The notes under the pieces are model-generated. The model ran no database searches. It saw nothing but the letters and a program-made list of their open reading frames with translations, and was not told where the DNA came from. Made by a program: the position numbers and the translations under genes. From Blastocladiella emersonii ATCC 22665 (Eukaryota; Fungi; Blastocladiomycota): DNA of 64,000 nt. Positions 55,860 to 64,000 of the stretch are shown here, piece after piece. Location: NCBI GenBank assembly GCA_025594325.1, contig JANHCV010000007.1:1674001-1738000 (forward strand). The letters are read 5' to 3'. Positions within the stretch are counted from its first letter, which is position 1. Every line of letters begins with the position of its first letter.

Positions 55860-58800
55860 ATGGATCATCCATCTTATGCAGACCATTTCGGCCACGGCTT
55901 CGCGGACCGCTACCAACAAGTCCATGACCCCGCCAGCATGCTGGCCCCCGCGGCTGCGCCGACGACCGCCGCACCACCACCACCTTCGGACCAACCCGCC
56001 AGCGCCGGTGACTCGGAGCACTCGCCCGAGGCCGGCGCCGAGCCCGACACGGCGTCGTCGAGCCCGGCCGCGATCCGCAAGACGCGCACGTCGCAGGCGT
56101 GCGAGGGGTGTCGCCGCCGCAAGGTTCGTTTCCGCTTGCTTCCCGGATCTTTTCCCGGATCACTCACATCCCCGCAAATCTAGGTCCGCTGCGACGGCTC
56201 GCTGCCCTGCAGCCACTGCAAGTCGTTCAACCTCGAGTGCACCTTCGCGCGCCTCACCAAGCGCAAGGCCAAGGCCGCGGCGCGCGCCGAGGGCGCCAAG
56301 GCCGCCGCGCTCGCCAACGACCCGGCCGCCCTGATCCTCGACGTGCACCAGCCCGAGTCGCGCCGCCAGCAGCAGCAGCAGCAGCAGCAGCACGCGCTGC
56401 TCGGCAGCCCGCAGAGCTCGGACGGGCTCCCGACGCCGCCGCTTTCGTCCTCGTTCAACAACGGCGGCGGCGTCGCTGCGGCGGCCGCGTCGTCCCCGCC
56501 GCCCGTCGGCCGGCCGCCGACCAACCTCGACATCGAGGATATCGCGACCAACACGATGCTGCTGGTGCGCATCGACGACACGGGCCACGCGCGGTCGTAC
56601 CTGAACCTCGGCGCGAGCAACGGGCTGCACGTCCTCAAGAAGCTGTCGAGCTCGCTGTCGGACGGCCTGGTCCACTACGTGTCCGGCAGCAGCCCGCGGG
56701 CGCCGACGCGCGAGCTGGTGCGCGAGCAGTCGCTGTTCCCGCCGCGCGCCTTCGCCACGGCCATGCTGCGCGTCTACTTTGACCTGGTCCACCCGTGGCA
56801 GCCGTTCCTCGACCCGGCCGTCGTCTGGGCCCAGCTCGACAAACCCGTCCCCGACTACTTCTCCCTGTACGCGGTGCTCGCGTGCGGCACGCTGCGCTAC
56901 GAGCTCGCCAACAAGATCACCGCGGCGTCTGCGCCGTCGGGCATCCTCGTGTCGCGCGTGTTCGCCGAGCGCGCGCGTGCGCGCATCTTCCGCCGCCACC
57001 GCGGGACGTCGGACCTGCACACCATCGACGGCGTCCAGGCGGTCGCGCTGCTCGCGATCCACGCGCTCCACCTCCCGGGCACCGACGAGTGGGGGCTCGT
57101 CGGCCAGGCGTGCCGGATGGCCGTGTCGATGGGGATGCACACGGACGTGGCCGCGCTCCCGCTCGCGAGGGCGGGTGCCCTGTGCCTGCCGACGTGGTCC
57201 AAGACGTGGACCACGCTCGTCGCGCTCGACCGCCACGTCGCGCTGCAGTTTGGCCGCCCGCTCATGGTCCTCGACGAGGACTCGTTCCTCAACGCGAGCT
57301 CGTTCCTGCGGTCCCCCGAAAACCTCGCCGCGTACCGCGCCAACCTCCTCATTGACCCGAACGGCTACGTCGCGTGGTCGTGCCGCCTCGTTGATATCCA
57401 GGCCAAGGTCGTCCGCGTCCTCAACTCGATCGAGCACCGCCGTAAGCTGCCGTTCACTATGCCCGAGCTGCACCTCCTCCTGTCGCAGTTCCGGTCCGAG
57501 CTCCCCGCGCAGCTCCAGTTCGACGACACTGCGGCTGCGGCGGCGAACGGGTCGTACGAGGACACGGTGCGCCGCGTGCAGTCGGCGGCGCTCAACATGC
57601 GGTACTACGTGGTGGTCGTGTCGCTGTACCGGCCGCTCGTCATGGCCAAGTCGGCCGTGCTGCAGTCGCCCGTCAAGCAGCAGTACCTGGCGCTGCTTGA
57701 GGGGTCGCTCATCGCGATGCTGACCATCAGCGAGCGCATCGCCGACGACCTCGCCATGTACCCGACGACTCCGCTGCACGACCTGCTGACCATGCTCTCC
57801 ATCTGCACCCTCCTCATCGTACACGACCACAGCAAGGACAAGCAGACGACGCGCACCGTCGTCGGCCTGCTCGACCGCATCCACGCCCTCGCGCTCCGCG
57901 CCGCCGAGATCTGGCCGTTCGTCATCCGCATGGCCCGCCTCGCCGTCGAGGTCCGCGCCGCCGCGAATGGCGAGGAACCCGATTTCGCGCACGTCGACGC
58001 GCACGTTCTGCGGAATATGACCCTCATCGACGACGAGCACGAGAACCTCACCGAGTTCCTGGACCTCGGGATCGCCGAGCAAAAGGACGGGCTCGAGCGC
58101 ATGATCCGCGAATACGTTGCCCGCGGCGCCGCGACCGTCGCGAACCAAGGCGATGGGCCACGACCTGAGCCGTGGATCGCGCACGTCTTCAACATGCCCG
58201 CGCGACCGCCGCCGACGAGCCAGTTTGTGCCCGTCACGCCGCCCGTCAACGTGAACGCCGCCGGGTACCAGCAGCAGCAGCAGCAGTTCCAGCAGCAGCC
58301 CGCGGTGGTGCCGTTGCACAGCTACGCGGACGCGTACGCGACGCCGTCGGTCCAGCAGCAGCAGCGGTACCCTCAGCAACCGTCGATGCACGCGCAGCAG
58401 TCGTCGTCGTCGTCGTCGTCGGGCGTCCAGCAGCAGCACTACCTGCACCACCCGCCGTCGGCCCAGACCCACCACCACCACCAGCAGCAGCAGCAGCTCA
58501 TGGCGGCGCTCCCAGCCAACTCGTTCATGACGACGGCCTCCTCGTCATCCTCCGCTTCGCTCTCGTCGTCGGCCTTCCTGCAGCAGTCCACCACCGCCTC
58601 GGCCGCCTCGTCCATGTCTTCGTCGTCGTTCACCGGGTTCCACGCGATGCACCAGCACGGGTCGCAGCAGGGCGCGGTATCGCCGCCGCTCCCCGTCCCG
58701 TCATACGCGCAACCGCAAGCAGCTCGAGGCCACCACTACCAGCAGTACGGTCACCAGTCGCCGCCGACGCAAGTCGTCGCCGCCGCCAGCAGCGGCACCA

Positions 58801-59111
58801 GCGGCGCGCTCCCGGTCCTGACCACGACGACCACGGGGTTCAGCTACGTCCCGCTGCCCGAGTTCTCGGGCCCGCTCGCAACCAACGACCTCGCCGCGGT
58901 CTTTGGCTGGCCATCGACCGCGGGCGCGGCGACGGGTGGTGGGGTGAGCGACCAGGGGTACGCGTCGCCCGACTCGTACGCCGGGTCGCCGACGGTGCCC
59001 ATCGGCGGCTCCGCGGCGGCGGCGGGACCGCCCACGTTCTCGATGATGGCCAACGGCGGCGCAGGCGGCTGGGCGCACGCGCCGCCAGAGTTTTCGCCTC
59101 GCTCCTCGTAA
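55860..59111 (+). CDS. Zn(II)2Cys6 fungal transcription factor with middle homology region and polyQ tail
   Basis: ACEGCRRRK / VRCDGSLPCSHCKSFNLEC across an intron (about 56124-56184); YFDLVHPWQPFLD, GQACRMAVSMGMH, WTTLVALDR. Confidence 0.93.
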
Positions 59112-59492
59112 CGTAACGTAACACGTGAATCAATACCATCGTTTTTTGAACTTCGAACCACGCGAGTTTGGTGATACTTGCTCACGCACGCGTTGCGCCG
59201 CACACGTTTCAGGCGCGCGAGCGGGCGCGCGGAACTCGGGCAAGGCGCCGTTGCAGCAGCGCCGACCCCGTGGCGCCCAAGGACGGCCGATAGCCGAGAT
59301 CCGCGGTCGCGCGCGTGTGGCGGTGGGGCGTTCATGAACCCGTCATGAACAGTGCGTGATGCGACCGGTGATGCAGCTCGCCCTGATGACCGACCACGGA
59401 TATCCCCAGCATGAAAGCAGACGCGCGCGGCGAGTATATAGCGCCCGCGTCCCCGGCTTGAATGGACAGCAAAGCAAAGACTAGACACCACC

Positions 59493-60692
59493 ATGGCCCG
59501 CACCTCGCTCCTGCCCCTCCTCCTTCTCCTCGCCGCGGCCGCGGTCGCGCTCACCGAGGCCGCCGCGGGCACGCTGAGCCCGCTCGTCAAGGGCCGGCCG
59601 ACGGGGTTCGCCAAGGACACGATCGGCGGCGGCAACGTGGCGCCGAGCTACCCCAAGGACATTCACGAGCTGACGGCGCTGCTCAAGGACCCGGCGCCGC
59701 GCGTCATCGTCATCAACAAGGTGTTCGACTTCCGCGGGTCCGAGGGCCGCAAGACCGAGCTCGGGTGCCGCCCGAAGCCCGAGTGCGGCGTCGACAAGGG
59801 CGGCCAGGACGCCATCAACCCGAGCTTCGGGTGGTGCTCGAGCGCGTACCCGAAGGTGCAGGTCACCTACGACGTCGCCGGGACCCGCGGGCTCACCGTC
59901 GCCGGCAGCAAGACGATCGTCGGGCAGGGCAACGCGGCCGAGATCCGCGGCAAGGGCCTGCGCATCCTGGGCACCAACGTGATCGTCCAGAACATCAAGA
60001 TCCGCGACCTCAACCCGCAGTACATCTGGGGCGGCGACGCCCTCGCCATCGCGCGCGGCGACCTCGTCTGGATCGACCACAACACCATCTCCGAGATCGG
60101 CCGCCAGTTCATCGTCACCGGCTACGACCCCGCCGGCCGCGTCACCATCTCCAACAACGAGCTCGATGGCCGGACCAAGTGGTCGGCGACCTGCAACGGC
60201 CGCCACTACTGGACCATGCTCCTCCTCGGCGGCAAGGACCGCATTACGCTCCAGGGCAACTACATCCACCACACGTCAGGCCGCGGGCCCAAGGTCGGCG
60301 GCACCGAGTCGACGATCGACGTGGTCGTGCACGCCGTCAACAACGTGTGGTCGGACGTCGACGGCGAGGCGTTCGGCGTCCACGGCAAGTCGGTCGTCCT
60401 CGCCGAGGGCAACTACCTCCAGAACGTCAAGCGCCCGCGCACCTCCGACACCGAGGGCACCCTGCTCGTCGCCGAGACCAACGCCGCTCAGTGCAAGGCC
60501 GGCGGCATCGACCGTGTGTGCCAGGCCAACAAGCTCGTCGGGTCTGGCGCTCTCACGCCCGCAGGGCCCAAGAAGCTCACCACGGCGACCATCAACGGAT
60601 CGTTCCCCGCGAGCTACGACGCGCCGTTCGCGTACTCGGCCGACGCCGCGTTCCGTGGCGTGATCTGCAACGCGGGTGCGGGCAAGCTCTGA
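59493..60692 (+). CDS. Secreted PL1 pectin lyase
   Basis: Signal peptide, GFAKDTIGGG, IWGGDAL, WIDHNTIS, ATCNGRHYW, TSGRGPKV. Confidence 0.92.
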   Translation: MARTSLLPLLLLLAAAAVALTEAAAGTLSPLVKGRPTGFAKDTIGGGNVAPSYPKDIHELTALLKDPAPRVIVINKVFDFRGSEGRKTELGCRPKPECGVDKGGQDAINPSFGWCSSAYPKVQVTYDVAGTRGLTVAGSKTIVGQGNAAEIRGKGLRILGTNVIVQNIKIRDLNPQYIWGGDALAIARGDLVWIDHNTISEIGRQFIVTGYDPAGRVTISNNELDGRTKWSATCNGRHYWTMLLLGGKDRITLQGNYIHHTSGRGPKVGGTESTIDVVVHAVNNVWSDVDGEAFGVHGKSVVLAEGNYLQNVKRPRTSDTEGTLLVAETNAAQCKAGGIDRVCQANKLVGSGALTPAGPKKLTTATINGSFPASYDAPFAYSADAAFRGVICNAGAGKL

Positions 60693-60852
60693 ACGTGATG
60701 GTGGTGGATTGTGACGCGTTGCTAGAAAGTGATAGATTCCCGTTTGCTGATGCACTACAGTAGCTTTCAGAGAGTCTGATTCATTCCGTCGCGAGCCGCG
60801 AGAGAAGCAAAAGCGGGAACGCAACGGGTTGGAGACGCGACGCGACGCGATG

Positions 60853-61136
60853 TCACGATTTGTCTCTACTGTGGCGCGGCGCGTGTGAGAAGTTGTAAGT
60901 TGCGGCCATGGGGAAGCGCAGAGCGATTCCGTTGGCGAGAGCGGTTGCGTTCTTGGACTTGGAGCGCATTCCGATTTCGAGGACGGCGCGAACATCGAGG
61001 CCGAGTCGTTTGGCGCTGCGCGGCCGCGTTCCACGACGTGTTGAGCGACGAGCTCCCACACTTCCACGGGTACGTGGCGATGTTCGGCCTCCAAGGGCGA
61101 CATTGCATCAAGTTTCATGTGCTCGAGTTGATCCAT
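60853..61136 (-). pseudogene. Internally deleted relic of the 19246-21144 F-box family
   Basis: MKLDAMSP...VPVEVWELVAQHVVER matches MEPDAMIP...LPTELWELVIDYLLDR. The next frame LANGIALRFPMAATY matches LASALARRFPMVETY. Confidence 0.7.
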
Positions 61137-61543
61137 GGTGGCGTGGTGACGGAGGACGAGTCGAAAGGGAACGCGTCACTTGTCTCGTCTTGAAACGCGA
61201 CGCGTCGGCCACCGCGAAGCTGCCTGCGAAGCGCACGAAGCTAACTCACATCTGGTCACTAAGAAACCTGCCAATGATACACTGAAATGGGTACGGAGAG
61301 TCGTACTTTTGGCGTACGACCGTTCGTGGGACGAACCGGGGAACTTGGTCGCGCTGCTCCCGTGCGTGTGATCGGCGCGTCTCGCACGGCACCGAAATGA
61401 CCGACTGTCCCGCACCGGTTGCCCCGCACCCACGGCAGTCGCCATCGGGCCAACGAATCGTAGAGCGGCCATCCCTGCCGTCAGACCGCCTTCCGCTCCT
61501 TTCTCCCTTTTACTCCAAGTCAAAGACGACCTCGCATCAATTC

Positions 61544-62812
61544 ATGGATCAATCCGACCCCCCTCCGTCACAGCCGGCGTCCGAGTTGAACAAACCGCCG
61601 CCCCTCGAGATGGGCACACCGTTGCCAGCGCCAACATTGACAACGCTCCCCTTGGACATCATCTGGCTCCTGCACCTGTACCTCCTCCCAGGCGACGCGG
61701 CCGCACTTCGCCGCACCTGCCGCGCGCTATCCGAGTTCCCGATGGCCGCGTACCTCGACCTGCGCGTGGCGCGGTACGCCGCGCAGTGGCCAGACCCGGT
61801 CAAGGCGGACCTCGCCGAGTCTCTCATCGAGCGCGTCTTCCTCGCCGCGCGCCGCTTCGACCCGGCGTGGGAGCGGCACTGGGTCCCGCAAGTCATCGCG
61901 GGCCGCGGGTACGCCTCGGCGCTGCGCACCCTGCTCTCGCTCCGCGGGCCGCCGTGGCCGGGCCTTCTCACGCACGCGACCGCGGCGTACCTCGCACGCC
62001 GCCCGGCCCCCGCCACCGACCTCGCGTGGGTTGCGACGTGGGACGCGGGCGACGCCGACACCTGGCGCGCGTGTTTTACGATTCTCGCGACAGACCCGCG
62101 CACGTCGCCGGGCGCAGGGCTCGCGCTCGACCTGGCGATTGTGGGCGGGCACCTCGGCCTGGTGCACCTACTCCTGCGCACGCCGGGCGCAATCCCACCC
62201 GCGCGCCGCGGCCGCGCGCTGCGTGTCGCCGCACAGACGGGCCGGTGGCCGGTCGTGTGTGCGCTGCTGCGCGAGCACGCGGCGGACATGGACCCGCGGG
62301 CCGACGGGTACGCGGCGGTGCACGTCGCCCTCACACGGGGCCACGCGGCGGCGGCGGTCGCGCTGCTGAGCGACGCGCGCGTGGACCGGTCCGCGGGCGA
62401 CGGCGCGTTCCTGCGAGCGGCGGCGCGCGGCGGGATGGTTGAGGTTGTGCGGGTCCTGGTCGACGATCCGCGCGTCGACCCGGGCGCGGACGACTGCGCG
62501 GCGCTGCAGGAGGCGGCGGACGCGGGGCACGCCGAGATTGTGCGGGTGCTCCTTGCGACGGGCCGCGTGGATCCGACGGCCAATGCACAGTTCGCGCTGC
62601 AGCTCGCGTGTCTCCACGGGCACGAGGAGGTGGTCCGCGAGCTGCTGGCGCACCCAAAGGTCGACCCGTCGGCGGACGGGAACGCGGCGGCGGTCATGGC
62701 GGTGCGCCACGGGCACACGGAGATGGTCAAGGTGCTCATGGAGAGCCCGCGGTTTCGCATCGAGGTGCCGCGCGAGGCGCGGCCGGGGACGGGGTCGCGG
62801 ATGCAGCAGTAG
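61544..62812 (+). CDS. F-box plus ankyrin repeat protein
   Basis: LTTLPLDIIWLL...ALRRTCRAL F-box; repeats of type VDPSADGNAAAVMAVRHGHTEMVKVL. Confidence 0.88.
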   Translation: MDQSDPPPSQPASELNKPPPLEMGTPLPAPTLTTLPLDIIWLLHLYLLPGDAAALRRTCRALSEFPMAAYLDLRVARYAAQWPDPVKADLAESLIERVFLAARRFDPAWERHWVPQVIAGRGYASALRTLLSLRGPPWPGLLTHATAAYLARRPAPATDLAWVATWDAGDADTWRACFTILATDPRTSPGAGLALDLAIVGGHLGLVHLLLRTPGAIPPARRGRALRVAAQTGRWPVVCALLREHAADMDPRADGYAAVHVALTRGHAAAAVALLSDARVDRSAGDGAFLRAAARGGMVEVVRVLVDDPRVDPGADDCAALQEAADAGHAEIVRVLLATGRVDPTANAQFALQLACLHGHEEVVRELLAHPKVDPSADGNAAAVMAVRHGHTEMVKVLMESPRFRIEVPREARPGTGSRMQQ

Positions 62813-62838
62813 CGCGGGGAAGGATATACATTGCACGT

Positions 62839-63946
62839 TCAGTACCACCAGAAATAGTAGGCGCCCGCGGCGACGGCCGTGAGCAGACTCGAGGCAAAGT
62901 TGACGGCCTCGTTGTTGAGTAGCGCGTGGCCCGAGACCAGCTTGGTCTTGGGACCCGGCCGCTTCGCGATGCACTTGCGCTCCTCATCGTAGTAGGTCGC
63001 CTGCACCATGGCGCCGAGCAGCGAGTCGAGCTACACGGAGACTTGTTAGCGTTGCGTCCGTTCGCCCATAGCATCGCGATCGCGTACCATGGATCCAGCG
63101 AACCCAAACACGCCGCCGAGCGCGACGAGCTGCCACGCGGGGGTCGCGGTGAACCATGCGGCCGAACCCGCGCACGCCTCAGCGGGCCACATCCATGCGA
63201 CGCCCGCGGCGGTGAGCCCCATGAGCGCGCCGCCCGCCACACTGGCGAGGGTGCCGATGGGCGTCAGGCCGCCGTTGGTGCCGTGCGGAACCTAAACAAC
63301 GCAGGAGGTGAGTTCTGAGCACACGAAAGGGCAAGCTCGTCCCGCACGTACACGTTGACCCGTCGTGATGAGCACGGGCAGCTTGGTCGACGGGAACGCG
63401 GTGCCGATCTCGCTCGCGAACGTGTCGCCGGCGCAGCACGCGTAGTGGCTAGACGTTTCGCCGCACCGAACGAGTCAGTCGACAGCCGCGCGCGACCTCG
63501 TCGCGGACGCAACGTACGCGAGGTACGCGGCCGCGAGCGCGCGGTCCCACGCCGCACACGCGTCGCCAGCCGCGGCCGCGAGGTAGGAGTGCGCAACAGT
63601 GATCGCAGTACCCGTTGCAGCCGTGCACAGCACCTGCCAGACGTCACGGTTGCCCTCTACAGGCGTGGCCGACTCAGTTCCCACTGCTGCAGCGCATCGT
63701 CACGCCCAGCGTACCCGAATGGTATCCCTCCTCGATCTTCGCCTTGTGCGCCTTACCGATCTTGGTCACCCGCGAGCCAGAGAGGTAGAAGGCGAGGAGG
63801 ACGGCGCCGAAGACGGGGTCGGCGCGGGAGAAGGTGGCGAGGCCGACGGCGACGCCCGCCGCGGCACCCGAGGGCGCGAGCGAGCGCTTTCGCAATCCGT
63901 GGGCGCCGAGGGCGAGGGAGAGGCCAGTTGCGGCGACGAGATGCAT
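62839..63946 (-). CDS. TMEM19: TMEM19/DUF92 integral membrane protein; multi-exon
   Basis: RKRSLAPSGA, GNRDVWQVL, AGDTFASEIG, VPHGTNGGLTPIGTLAS, DSLLGAMVQ, LLNNEAVN. Confidence 0.92.
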
Positions 63947-64000
63947 GGCAGTCTGCGGTGGTTGAGGGAGCGAGGACCGTGCGTGGCGTCGCTCGCCTTC

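Overview
GC-rich eukaryotic DNA with short GT-AG introns. A Zn2Cys6 factor and expanded F-box/ankyrin-like/LRR families suggest an early-diverging fungus (Blastocladiomycota-like is my inference). No rRNA, tRNA or CRISPR array was seen. About 1-25 kb is an accessory, fast-turnover region: two tandem genes of an unknown family sharing an 'AANDWG' domain, which recurs in frame at the N-terminus of a Ycf45/SpoIIIAA-like ATPase; two inactivated F-box/ankyrin-like paralogs, one split by a 2.9-kb TIR transposon with a TT target duplication; a twin-CCHC protein; an SMG1 kinase fragment; F-box/LRR genes; and two metacaspase-like genes lacking the catalytic Cys. About 25-64 kb is mostly housekeeping genes (ASCC1, CCDC43, LIP2, GID4, PRE8, MKT1, HEM13, mtHSP70, eIF4E, ATP18, MAPEG, TMEM19). 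It also holds a 1.95-kb non-autonomous transposon with a 9-bp TSD and hairpin ends, a 278-aa/70-Cys metallothionein, a Zn2Cys6 factor and a pectin lyase. All family calls come from motif recognition by eye; no searches were run.
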